Source: Vicinamibacteria bacterium (lineage in GTDB: Bacteria; Acidobacteriota; Vicinamibacteria; Vicinamibacterales; JAMQPK01). Taken from it: 62,283 nucleotides of DNA. Made by a program: the position numbers and the translations under genes. The stretch spans positions 1 through 62,283 of the forward strand of contig JANMJM010000070.1 in NCBI GenBank assembly GCA_031371345.1. Reading direction: 5' to 3'. A model generated the notes under the pieces. It ran no database searches. It was not told the DNA's origin and saw only the letters and a program-made list of their open reading frames with translations. This document shows positions 39,312 to 48,644 of this stretch, piece after piece; position 1 is the first letter of the stretch, and each line of letters opens with the position of its first letter.

Positions 39312-40643
39312 TTATGTGTACCGGATGCCGGCGTGCTGCGCCTGAAAAAATCTCGGCAGTAGTGCATCGACGCGCAGCAAACCCGCGCGAGTAAGCGCGA
39401 CGATGTCGTTGCTCGCCTCGGCGAGGTACCCGCCTTCGGCAAGCGACGCCAGCGGCTGTTCGAACCGTTGGAGGATATCGACGCCGTATTTCGTCGCGAA
39501 GTACGGCGGGCGGATCCGGCCGAGCTTCAACTGCAGCACCAGCTCACGAATGAGCCGTTCTTCCGAGTCGGGCCGGTACGCGCGGCTCAACGGAAGCGCA
39601 CCTTCCCTGATTTTTGCGCTGTACTTTTCCCACGTGTCCAGATTCTGCATGTGCACGCCGTTGATGTGTCCGAACGAGGCCACGCCGAGCCCCGCGAGGT
39701 CTGCGCCCTGCCATAAACGATCGCGGTAGATGAACTTTGTGCGATCCGGATCTTTGACGGCCGTGTACGCGCTGCCCACGGTGTAGCCGGCGCGCTGCAG
39801 CGCGTCGAACGCTTCGTCGACCCAGCGGCGCTTGGTCGACCAGCCGGCGACGTGTTCCTGGAAGCGCCCCGCACCTTTCAATACGTCACCGCTGATGGTC
39901 GTGTTGAACGGCAGCTCCATCTGATAGATCGTGACGCTGTCGGCTCCGAGCTCGACCGTCTTCTGAATGCAGCGCTGCCAGTTCTCTTCCGTTTCTCCCA
40001 GCATGCCCGCGATGAGATCGAGGTTGATCTGCGGAAATTTCAGCGATTGCGCAAACTGGTACGCGCGGAGAATCTCGGCTGAACGATGTGCACGGCCGTT
40101 GAGCTCGAGAATATGGTCGTCGAAGTTTTCGATGCCGAGGCTCAGCCGCGTCACGCCGAGTCCTCGGATCGCGGCCAGCTTACTCTCCGTGAGCGTGCCT
40201 GGCTCGCACTCGAACGTGATCTCTTCGGCGGTCTTCCAGGAGGTCGTGGCCGTGAGCCGGTGAACCAGCCGCTCGAGCTGACGAACAGAAAGAAATGACG
40301 GCGTGCCGCCGCCGAAGTACACGAAATTCAGCGGACGCCCGTTGATCGCGGGATACGTGTTGTAGAGCTCCCATTCGCGCGCCATGACGTCGAGATACGC
40401 TTCGACCTCCTGCGCGTTCTTGTCGGTGTACACCCGGAAGTAGCAAAAGTGGCAACGCTTGCGGCAGAACGGCACGTGCAGATACAGGCCGAGAGGCACG
40501 GCCGCGGCCAGCGCGCTTAACGCGGGCAGCGCGTCGCGCTCGACAGCGTCGGCGGTCCAGACGGAGAATGGCGGATAGTTGGCAACGAAGTAGCTGCCGA
40601 CTTCCGTCTCATCGACCGCCGTCGCGCGAGCGGATTCGACCAT
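39312..40643 (-). CDS. HemN-like (class C) radical SAM enzyme / coproporphyrinogen-III oxidase family
   Basis: CX3CX2C cluster motif LHVPFCRKRCHFCYF and GGGTPSFL. The 443-aa length with a HemN_C-like tail fits the family. Its stop abuts the next gene start with a 0-nt gap. Confidence 0.85.
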   Translation of the reverse strand: MVESARATAVDETEVGSYFVANYPPFSVWTADAVERDALPALSALAAAVPLGLYLHVPFCRKRCHFCYFRVYTDKNAQEVEAYLDVMAREWELYNTYPAINGRPLNFVYFGGGTPSFLSVRQLERLVHRLTATTSWKTAEEITFECEPGTLTESKLAAIRGLGVTRLSLGIENFDDHILELNGRAHRSAEILRAYQFAQSLKFPQINLDLIAGMLGETEENWQRCIQKTVELGADSVTIYQMELPFNTTISGDVLKGAGRFQEHVAGWSTKRRWVDEAFDALQRAGYTVGSAYTAVKDPDRTKFIYRDRLWQGADLAGLGVASFGHINGVHMQNLDTWEKYSAKIREGALPLSRAYRPDSEERLIRELVLQLKLGRIRPPYFATKYGVDILQRFEQPLASLAEGGYLAEASNDIVALTRAGLLRVDALLPRFFQAQHAGIRYT

Positions 40644-40677
40644 CGCACGTAATATACCTTAGGGAGCCACAACACTC
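40644..40677. promoter_or_regulatory. 34-bp divergent intergenic region with a TAATAT/ATATTA -10-like element
   Basis: cgcacgTAATATaccttAGGGAGccacaacactc. TAATAT is at 40650..40655. AGGGAG at 40661..40666 serves the plus-strand propeller gene. On the minus strand TATATT ends 7 nt from the radical SAM ATG, so that transcript could be leaderless. Confidence 0.3.
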
Positions 40678-41955
40678 ATGTCACCCAGGCAATTCTGCAT
40701 CTCAGCTCTCGCTGGTCTGTGCCTGAATCTCACCACTTTGCCGGAGGCGTCGGCGCAGAACTGGCCGCAGTTTCGGGGGCCGGGCAGCCAGGGGATCTCG
40801 GTCGAGACCGGCCTGCCCGTGCAGTGGAGCGCCACGTCGAATGTGATCTGGAAGACAACGCTCCCTGGACCAGGCCATTCCTCGCCAATCGTGTGGGGCG
40901 ATCGGATCTTTCTCACCGCGTTTCGTTCCGAGCGCATGTCGAACGCGTACGCGGCGCGCTATCTATTATCGGCTCGCGGGCAGCTTGTGGTACTCGCGCT
41001 CGACAAATCTTCTGGAAAAATTCTGTGGGAACGCGCCGTCAAGGCTTCGAGCATCGAAGCGCTCCATCCGACAAACAGCCCGGCCTCGCCAACGCCAGTG
41101 ACCGACGGTCGTTACGTGTATGTGTATTTCGGATCGGCCGGACTCGTGGCGTTCGACTTCAACGGAACGGTCGTGTGGGAAAAACGGCTGGGCCCGTTCC
41201 CCAGCGATTGGGGCAGCGCCAGCTCGCCCGTGCTCTACGGCAGCACCTTATTGTTGAACGTCGACACTGATGGAGATGACTTTCTGCTGGCGGTCGACAA
41301 AACCACCGGCACGACGATCTGGCAGACGCCCCGCGGCCATGTGACCCGATCGTGGTCGACGCCGATCATCTGGAACGCGAACGGCCGCGACGAGATCGTC
41401 GTCAGTGGAAGCCAGCGCGTGAAAGGATACGACCCGGTCGGCGGAAAAGAGCTCTGGACCGTTGACGGCCTCACCGAATGGGTCGCGCCAACCCCAGTCA
41501 CGGCGCACGGTTTGTTGTTTGTGGCATCGAACGGCCCCGGCGGGAACATCATCATGGCCATTCGCCCGGGCGGCAGCGGCAATGTCACGCGCAGTCACGT
41601 CGCGTGGCGGTACGAGCGTGGTGCGCCCTACACGCCATCGCCAGTGGTTGTCGGCGATTATTTATTCGCCGTGAGAAGCGGCGGCCTGCTCACATGTCTG
41701 AACGCGAAGACAGGCGTCGAGGTGTGGCAGCATCGTCTGCCGGCGCGCGGCGACTATTACGCCAGCCTGCTCGCGGGCGACGGAAAGATTTACGCGCTCA
41801 GCGAGGATGGCGAGACCACGGTGATCGCCGCCAAGCCGGTGTACCAGCTGTTGAGCGTGAACGACATGGCCGAGCGGTCGATGGCCACTCCGGCAGTGTC
41901 TGGTGGACGACTTTTCATCCGCACCGACAGCGCACTGTACTCAATAGGAAAGTAG
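40678..41955 (+). CDS. Secreted PQQ-like/BamB-like beta-propeller repeat protein
   Basis: Signal ...[46 protein letters not shown], and C-terminal PVYQLLSVNDM...ATPAVSGGRLFIRT. Confidence 0.85.
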   Translation: MSPRQFCISALAGLCLNLTTLPEASAQNWPQFRGPGSQGISVETGLPVQWSATSNVIWKTTLPGPGHSSPIVWGDRIFLTAFRSERMSNAYAARYLLSARGQLVVLALDKSSGKILWERAVKASSIEALHPTNSPASPTPVTDGRYVYVYFGSAGLVAFDFNGTVVWEKRLGPFPSDWGSASSPVLYGSTLLLNVDTDGDDFLLAVDKTTGTTIWQTPRGHVTRSWSTPIIWNANGRDEIVVSGSQRVKGYDPVGGKELWTVDGLTEWVAPTPVTAHGLLFVASNGPGGNIIMAIRPGGSGNVTRSHVAWRYERGAPYTPSPVVVGDYLFAVRSGGLLTCLNAKTGVEVWQHRLPARGDYYASLLAGDGKIYALSEDGETTVIAAKPVYQLLSVNDMAERSMATPAVSGGRLFIRTDSALYSIGK

Positions 41956-42053
41956 AACGAGGGAGCGCGGCACATAAGGCCGGCCAAGCGGCCGTGTTCG
42001 TGCACCGTCAGTTCCGGCCGCGGGACGGCCTTTATGGTGACATGTTCCCTCGT
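41956..42053. terminator. Extended GC-rich imperfect palindrome between convergent genes
   Basis: The outer stem ACGAGGGA (41957..) pairs with TCCCTCGT (..42053). Inner CACATAAGGCCG pairs with CGGCCTTTATGGTG, and there is a central GGCCaagcGGCC. Confidence 0.4.
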
Positions 42054-42055
42054 CT

Positions 42056-43297
42056 TCAGTTCAGCGTCCAGAGTGCGAGCGTGTCGATGTCGCGCACGAA
42101 GATGCGGTTGCCAGAAATCGCGGGCGCCGGCCACGTCGCGCTGTCGGCGACCGTGTAAGTCTTAAGCGGCTCGAATCCGCCTGGCGTGCTGCGCGCCACC
42201 ATCAACTGGGCGTCATCCTTCAGCACGAACAGTAGATTTCCGGACCGCACGATGGCCGCGTTGCCAGCCTGGCGCGGCGGCGACATCCACAGCGTCTTCC
42301 CGGACTTCGCATCGGCCCAGAAAAACTGCCCGCTGTTGAGCGGCGACAACGAGAACACCGCGTCGCCAACGAGCACCGGATTGCTGAACGACATCTGCAC
42401 TTCCGGATTTTCCCACGCCACGTCGGCCACCCATTTGTTGTCACGCTTTGCAATCGTGTAGGCGGTCAGCGGCTTGCCTTGCCCCGACACGATCAACGTC
42501 CGCCCCTGATACAGGAGCGGCGTAATCGAGTTGGTGGTCGATCGCGCCTCGAACGGCATGCTCCAGAGCAGCTGGCCAGTGGCCGCATCGACCCCAACCA
42601 GGTTCTTCTGCGAGAACGTGATCACCTGCCGCGTGCCATCGACGTCGATGATGATTGGCGAGCCATACCCGGGACCGTCGCCCTTCCAGCTCCATTTCTC
42701 GGCGCCGGTCGCGGGATCGAACGCCGTCAGGGCACCGTCGTTGTTGCCTCCGACATGAATGATCATCAAGCCGCGATCGACAATCGGCGACTGGGCCGTG
42801 TGGAACGTCTGCGGAACCACAGGCTTTGGCTTCTGCCACAACTGTTTGCCCGTCGCGGCGTCAAAAGCCGTGACGATGCCGCTCATGCCCATGGTGAAGA
42901 TTCTGCCGTCGGCAAACGCCGGCGTGGATTTTGGCCCAGGGCCATGGCGCGAGGTTGAGTTATTCATCATGAACGGCGCGGCATACGGCGATTCCCATAT
43001 GACTTTGCCGCTGGCAGGATCGATCGCGCGCAACACTTCATTCTCGTTCTGTCGCGAGAACACATACACACGGTTCCCGACCACAAGTGGCGTCGCGTAC
43101 CCAGTACCGACGGGAATCTTCCATCGCTGGGTCAGCGCGTCGGGCCAGCTCTTCGGCTCGGTGAACGACGTCAGCACGCCATCTCTACTAGGACCACGCC
43201 ACTGCGGCCAGTCCGGTCCAGCATTCTGTCCCGTTGCCACAGCCGACAAAGCGGCGAAAAGGACGATCCCGACAAACGAAGTACGTCGCAGTCTCAT
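42056..43297 (-). CDS. Secreted PQQ-like/BamB-like beta-propeller repeat protein
   Basis: Signal MRLRRTSFVGIVLFAALSAVATG and PDWPQWRGPSRDG, with blades AIDPASGKVIWES, AFDAATGKQLWQK, AFDPATGAEKWSW and GVDAATGQLLWSM. Confidence 0.85.
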   Translation of the reverse strand: MRLRRTSFVGIVLFAALSAVATGQNAGPDWPQWRGPSRDGVLTSFTEPKSWPDALTQRWKIPVGTGYATPLVVGNRVYVFSRQNENEVLRAIDPASGKVIWESPYAAPFMMNNSTSRHGPGPKSTPAFADGRIFTMGMSGIVTAFDAATGKQLWQKPKPVVPQTFHTAQSPIVDRGLMIIHVGGNNDGALTAFDPATGAEKWSWKGDGPGYGSPIIIDVDGTRQVITFSQKNLVGVDAATGQLLWSMPFEARSTTNSITPLLYQGRTLIVSGQGKPLTAYTIAKRDNKWVADVAWENPEVQMSFSNPVLVGDAVFSLSPLNSGQFFWADAKSGKTLWMSPPRQAGNAAIVRSGNLLFVLKDDAQLMVARSTPGGFEPLKTYTVADSATWPAPAISGNRIFVRDIDTLALWTLN

Positions 43298-43310
43298 GGT
43301 GTCCTCATCA

Positions 43311-46300
43311 TCATTCGGTTCGGAGCGCCTGCAGCAACGGCGAACGAAGCGCCGCCGCCGTTGCGCCGATCGAAGCCATCAAACCCGTTATCAGCACGCC
43401 GAGAAGAAGCAGTCCAAGCGTCGGCCCGGGCAATCGTCCACCACGATCCATGAGCGTCGGTGCAATCGCCAGGAGCGCGCAAAACGTTCCGGCAGCCAGT
43501 CCGCATACGAGGAGCAGAATATTCTCGGCCACGACCATCGCAAAGAAATCCGCCTGCCGATATCCGAGCGCGCGAAGGAGCGCAAGCTCTCGACGCCGTT
43601 CGAGCACGTTCCGCAGCAGAACCGCGCCAAGGCCGAGTGTGCCGAGCAGCAACCCGAGGCCGCCGAGCATCTGAAAAGTGAGGAGGTAAGTATATTCAAC
43701 GCGGTGGAATCCCGCGAGACGTTCCGATGTGGAGGCAGCATCTACCCCGAAGTCGGGCATTCTCGACTCGAAGATCCCGGTGACGTCCGCCGCTCGTTCC
43801 GGCGGCACATCCACCAGGAAGAATCGATAGCCCTCCCATTCGGGAAACGTGCGCACGAACGGCGATTCCGCCATCAGGAGCTCGCCTTGAAAAATACTGT
43901 CCGACAACGCGCCGACCAGCCGCAGCCTCACCGGCCGCTCGGATGAACCTGGAAGCAAGAGATCGTCGCCAAGCTTCATGTGAAGGACGTAGGTCATCGA
44001 GTTGGCGTCGGTGATCACGGGAATGGCGCCGTCGGGAAACTCACGGTTCAGAAGCCGCCAGGGATTCGCTGTTTCTTCGGGCGTGGCAGCCATCGAGCTA
44101 TGAAACGCGAATCGGCCCGCGTTCACGAAATCGGGCGACGCAGCAAGAATGCGCGGGTTTTTCGGCTGATACAAGTTCAGACAACTCGTGTCGTCGCCGG
44201 GACGGACGCGAAAGCGATCGACGCGCACGCCCGCCAACTCGCCCTCGGTCGGAAGATTCATCGCCTCGCGCCCGGCTGCGCTGTTGAGGTCGTGAACGAT
44301 GGGAAGCAGCGACTCGACAAGTAGCGGGTAACCGCCGGTTCCCGACTGTCGATCGCGCAACGCGTCGCCGGCGTCGCGCTTGAACGCCTCGACTGCCACA
44401 ATCACAAACGTCGCAAAGGCGATCAGTGCGATGCAAAGGACACTGCGCGCAGGACGGAAAGTGGCATTGCGAAATCCTAGTTGCCAGACCGGCCATCTCC
44501 CGTGCCCATGAAGCGTTCGGCGATGGCCGCTTCGCAGCCAGGCTGACGACAAACATAACATCGCGACGAGCGCCGATGTACCCGCGCCGAAGAATCCGGC
44601 TACTCGGCCAATCCATCCCGTGGTCGCTCCGAAAAGAAGCATGACAGCCAGGAGTCCGAAGGCGGCCGCCGACATTGCACGTGCACGGCCGCTGAGCCCG
44701 ACACGCGCCACGTTCCGTGCTCCGACGGCGCCGGCTAAGAGGTTGCGGCTGGACAATTCGGCAACCGAGCGCAGCGACCACCAGATGCAAGCGACCGAGA
44801 CGGCAATGCCGCCGGCGGCTCCGGCCGCAAGCGACGCCGGATCGATATGGAGTGTGAGCGCGGTCGTACCCACCGCATCAACCCACCAGGTGCGCAATCC
44901 GAACATAATGACCGCGCCATACGCCACCGCTCCGGCCATTCCCACAAGGCCGCCTGCCAACGAGAGCACGATCCCCTCAACGGTAAACAATCTGCGAATG
45001 GTGACGGGATCGAAGCCCAGTGCCTGAAGCAGCCCGACTTCACGCAAACGCTGCTCGATGCCGAGCTTGAAGAAAAGCGCAGCGAGCAGAACGGCAGACA
45101 CCACGAGGAACATGCTGAAGTATGTGAAGTACTCGCTGAAGTCGGTCGCCCCGGTCGATGCGGCGAGGCTCTGCGCACGCACGTCCTGCACCGAGAATCC
45201 AGCGGCCGCTGGATCGAGCTCTGCCCTGAACGCGCGTCCGTACTGATCCAACGCCGCCGCAAGAGATGTTCCGTCGGACGGCCGGATGCGCAGGGCCGTC
45301 AGCGATCCGTAGCGGGATCGCCACAGTCGCTGCCCCATCGAGATCGGGATGAACGCTTTCGGTGTGGCGCGATAGCGTTTCCAGTAATCCTCATCAGCGG
45401 GCCGAACGCGCCGCAAGTCGATCGGGAACGGTGGATCCCAGTCGGACAGTCGATCGGAATCGGTGATGATGCCCGGATATTCCGGAACGAGATCGCGGTC
45501 CGCCGCGGGCCCTTCGATGGGAACAATCGCCGCGACGCGGAACTCGGCGCTCCGCGTCGACAAACGGCCCTCGGTCTCCCACACGTAGTAGTCGATCGAT
45601 ACCGGATCGCCCACTCGAACACTCAGCTCGTCTGCAGCCCACTGGTTCAAGACGATCGAGCTCGGGGCTGTGGGCGAGGCAAGGAGTCCCGCTGCCTTCA
45701 AATCAAGAGCGGTGATCACGGAATACGGAACCTCACGATTGCCTGAGCGGATAGTGTTTGCCAGATATGTCAGCGTCGGCAGCGTCGCCATCCCCAGCCG
45801 TCCGGCGGTGTTCTGCGCCGTCGCCACAAGATTGTCGCTGAGCACGGTGCTGCTGCTGTCGAGCGCGAGGCTGTGCCATTGCTCGAGCGCGCGAAGTCTC
45901 AACCCTAAATCGTCGAGGCGTGCGGTTTCTCGGACGGTGCGTTCGAGCTCCGCGCGATTCGTGTCGTCGTCGCCCGCCCCCACCGCGGCCCGCGCGTCGA
46001 TGAGAATCGTGTTCACCCTGTCCGGCTGCTGCAAAACCGCCTGCAAGCGACGCAAGGGGACGAAGATGGCGCGGATCGATCCCTGGCGCGGGCTGAGAGA
46101 AAATTCGCCGAGATCGTCGGCCCGCAGAACCTGGCGAGCCGTCAGCCGGACCGTTCGACCGACGTCTTCCTTCCGGCCGTGCAGCGATTCGGTGGGAATC
46201 GCCGACGCGCTTTCCAGGCGAAGCAGCACCGACTCGCCCGGCGTTGTCTCGATCTCACGGGCCAGCCCTTGGCTCAGGAACGCGTCATTGCCGCCAGGGC

Positions 46301-46688
46301 CCGCAATCGCTCCGACGCGGTGGAATTTCCAGAAACGATCATCGACTGCATACACCTGTACACGCGAGGCGCGCCGGCCGCCGGTCTGATCGGTCACGAA
46401 GCCTTCGAGCGCGATTATTGGAACGGCCGAAACGAACCGGTCGGTGAATCGGCCGTGCGTGGCAATCTCGCTCGCCAGCTGTTCGCGGAAGAAGCCGCTC
46501 GATACGACGACGTGATCGGTTTCGCCCAGCCGCTGCACCACCAGATCGCGCAAGCTCGCCCGGACGGACACGCCGACGGTAAGCGCCCCGGCCAGCACTG
46601 CGACCGCAATCGCCACGCCGGCAATGACGGCGAGATTCGTCCGCCAGTAATGCGTCAGGCTGCGGCGAAGAAGCATGGTGGCGCGCAT
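43311..46688 (-). CDS. MacB/FtsX-type ABC transporter permease, duplicated (two FtsX domains), 1125 aa
   Basis: Two FtsX cores: EQRLREVGLLQALGFDPVTIRRLFTVEGIVLSLAGGLVG and ERRRELALLRALGYRQADFFAMVVAENILLLVCGLAAG. Each is preceded by a long, presumably periplasmic, hydrophilic region. Confidence 0.85.
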   Translation of the reverse strand: MRATMLLRRSLTHYWRTNLAVIAGVAIAVAVLAGALTVGVSVRASLRDLVVQRLGETDHVVVSSGFFREQLASEIATHGRFTDRFVSAVPIIALEGFVTDQTGGRRASRVQVYAVDDRFWKFHRVGAIAGPGGNDAFLSQGLAREIETTPGESVLLRLESASAIPTESLHGRKEDVGRTVRLTARQVLRADDLGEFSLSPRQGSIRAIFVPLRRLQAVLQQPDRVNTILIDARAAVGAGDDDTNRAELERTVRETARLDDLGLRLRALEQWHSLALDSSSTVLSDNLVATAQNTAGRLGMATLPTLTYLANTIRSGNREVPYSVITALDLKAAGLLASPTAPSSIVLNQWAADELSVRVGDPVSIDYYVWETEGRLSTRSAEFRVAAIVPIEGPAADRDLVPEYPGIITDSDRLSDWDPPFPIDLRRVRPADEDYWKRYRATPKAFIPISMGQRLWRSRYGSLTALRIRPSDGTSLAAALDQYGRAFRAELDPAAAGFSVQDVRAQSLAASTGATDFSEYFTYFSMFLVVSAVLLAALFFKLGIEQRLREVGLLQALGFDPVTIRRLFTVEGIVLSLAGGLVGMAGAVAYGAVIMFGLRTWWVDAVGTTALTLHIDPASLAAGAAGGIAVSVACIWWSLRSVAELSSRNLLAGAVGARNVARVGLSGRARAMSAAAFGLLAVMLLFGATTGWIGRVAGFFGAGTSALVAMLCLSSAWLRSGHRRTLHGHGRWPVWQLGFRNATFRPARSVLCIALIAFATFVIVAVEAFKRDAGDALRDRQSGTGGYPLLVESLLPIVHDLNSAAGREAMNLPTEGELAGVRVDRFRVRPGDDTSCLNLYQPKNPRILAASPDFVNAGRFAFHSSMAATPEETANPWRLLNREFPDGAIPVITDANSMTYVLHMKLGDDLLLPGSSERPVRLRLVGALSDSIFQGELLMAESPFVRTFPEWEGYRFFLVDVPPERAADVTGIFESRMPDFGVDAASTSERLAGFHRVEYTYLLTFQMLGGLGLLLGTLGLGAVLLRNVLERRRELALLRALGYRQADFFAMVVAENILLLVCGLAAGTFCALLAIAPTLMDRGGRLPGPTLGLLLLGVLITGLMASIGATAAALRSPLLQALRTE

Positions 46689-46695
46689 GGTCAGA

Positions 46696-47364
46696 TCACG
46701 AAAGCTGACGCAGCCGGCGATCGGTCAGTTCGAAACGAAGCGGGAACCGAGCGGCCATATCCGGACTGTGAGTGACGACAATCAGGATGGCCTTCTGCTG
46801 TTGCTGCAGATTCAGCAGCAGCGACGCCACGCCGTGGGCAGAGGCGCGATCGAGATTGCCGGTCGGCTCGTCGCACAGAATCAGCCGCGGACGCCGGACC
46901 AGGGCGCGCGCCAGCGCGACTCGCTGCTTCTCGCCGCCCGACAACTGAGCCGGAACGTGGTCAATGCGCTCAGTCAGGCCGACCTGATCGATCAGCGACC
47001 GCGCGTGAGCTGCCGCATCTGGATCTAAAGGACCGACAAGGGTGGGAACGAGCACGTTCTCGAACACGGTGCACTGCGGGAGCAGACAGTGATCCTGGAA
47101 AACGAATCCGATCTCCTTATTGCGGAACGCCGCGAGCGTCTTCGGCGCGAGCTCGAATGGATTCTGGCCTTCGAGGCGCACCGTACCGGTTGTCGGCGGC
47201 TCGAGCGCGCCCAAAATGTACAGCAGCGTACTCTTCCCGCTGCCCGAAGGTCCCATGACGGCGGCGGCATCGCCGGAAGAAAATGATAAGGAGATATCGG
47301 TCAGGACCTCGACGTGTCCCTGCGGAGCGGGATAGGTCTTTCCTACGCTGTTGACGATCAGCAC
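46696..47364 (-). CDS. MacB/LolD-type ABC transporter ATP-binding protein
   Basis: [41 protein letters not shown] start overlapping the upstream stop. Confidence 0.9.
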   Translation of the reverse strand: MLIVNSVGKTYPAPQGHVEVLTDISLSFSSGDAAAVMGPSGSGKSTLLYILGALEPPTTGTVRLEGQNPFELAPKTLAAFRNKEIGFVFQDHCLLPQCTVFENVLVPTLVGPLDPDAAAHARSLIDQVGLTERIDHVPAQLSGGEKQRVALARALVRRPRLILCDEPTGNLDRASAHGVASLLLNLQQQQKAILIVVTHSPDMAARFPLRFELTDRRLRQLS

Positions 47365-48644
47365 ATCGAGCTCTCGTAAACCTCGAGCATTCGTTCTGCG
47401 GAGCGAGCGATGCTGTAATGCCTCCGCACACCGTCGAATCCATGAGCGCCGAGCTCGGCGCGACGGGCCGGATCGTTCCAGAGGTTGTAAATCCCGTCGG
47501 CGAGGCGACCGCTGTTATCCGCCTCGACGAGCACGCCTCCGGACGTCTTCGCGATCATTTCCGGGAATGCTCCATGGTTCGGCTGAACCACCGGGACGCC
47601 GCACGCCATCGCCTCGAGGAGAAACAAGCCCTTCGGCTCGACGTAAACCGTCGGCACGGAGAACACGTCGAGGTTCCGCAGGAACCGAATCTTCTGCTCA
47701 CGGTCCAGCAGCCCGCGATAGTGAAACTCGTTGCCAAGACCTGCGGCCTCCAGGCGCCGCCGAGCCTCGCGAAGGTAGCCCTGTTTATCTGACGCCATGT
47801 ACCCGGCAACTTCGAGCTGCGCGCGCTCGACACCCGGTCTTTGTCGGAATCGCACGTATGCCTCGCACAGCGCGTGAAGGCCTTTCTCCGGCGCGATCCT
47901 CGCCAGGTAGCCAACTGTAAACGGCCTGTCGGACGAGACGATTCTTTGCGCGAACCCTTCGAGATTGATCCCGAGCGGCACGACGTCTATCTTGTCGCGA
48001 GGGATGGAGAGGTAGGTGGACATGAACGTCGCGTAGTACTCGCTCACGGCGGTGAACCGATCGACGAACGCCGCGTTCTGTCGAATCAGCTCGATCGACG
48101 TGCGGCGATGGGCGTCCGGGAGACCGTCGAGAAACAGATCTTCGCCTTGCAGCGTGCAGTGCACTGGCCGCTTCAATTCGCGCTTGAGCGGTTTGGCGAG
48201 GCTGGCCAGCAGGGCATTCGGCAGCTGAATGACGTCGGGGGGAGGCTCGCTCGTGAGCCATTGCAGCAGCTTGCAGAACTCCTTTCGCTGAAAGCCGTCC
48301 TCGCCCTTGAGCGTCGACACCGTCAGCTCGCCAAGCGAGCGCGGGTCCGTTGAGAACGATCCGGACGTGGCCGCTTTAATCAGCCACGACGAGTCCAGCA
48401 GCTTGTCGAGCAGCGCAGGAGTGCGCCGGAAAAGACCCGCATGCTGTTGCAGGTAGACGTTGATGCCGCCGAAGAACACGCGCGGCTCGCTGACATTCGG
48501 CTCGTCGGTGAGCGTGGGCGTGTAAAGAGGAACCAGCAGCACGTCATGGCCGCGCGCCTTCAGCTCCGCAGCCAATGCGTTGTCCCGCAGACAGCTTCCG
48601 CAGTACATGCCCGCCGCACCCGCCGTGACAAAGAGGATGTTCAC
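47358..48644 (-). CDS. GT-B fold glycosyltransferase (GT4-like) with N-terminal CxxC-containing variant motif
   Basis: The GTG at 48644 overlaps the upstream TGA (GTGA). N-terminus VNILFVTAGAAGMYCGSCLRDNALAAELKARGHDV. C-terminal EPKGLFLLEAMACGVPVV is the typical GT1/GT4 E-x7-E region. The Arg-rich extension to 48821 was rejected. Confidence 0.8.
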   Translation of the reverse strand: MNILFVTAGAAGMYCGSCLRDNALAAELKARGHDVLLVPLYTPTLTDEPNVSEPRVFFGGINVYLQQHAGLFRRTPALLDKLLDSSWLIKAATSGSFSTDPRSLGELTVSTLKGEDGFQRKEFCKLLQWLTSEPPPDVIQLPNALLASLAKPLKRELKRPVHCTLQGEDLFLDGLPDAHRRTSIELIRQNAAFVDRFTAVSEYYATFMSTYLSIPRDKIDVVPLGINLEGFAQRIVSSDRPFTVGYLARIAPEKGLHALCEAYVRFRQRPGVERAQLEVAGYMASDKQGYLREARRRLEAAGLGNEFHYRGLLDREQKIRFLRNLDVFSVPTVYVEPKGLFLLEAMACGVPVVQPNHGAFPEMIAKTSGGVLVEADNSGRLADGIYNLWNDPARRAELGAHGFDGVRRHYSIARSAERMLEVYESSMC

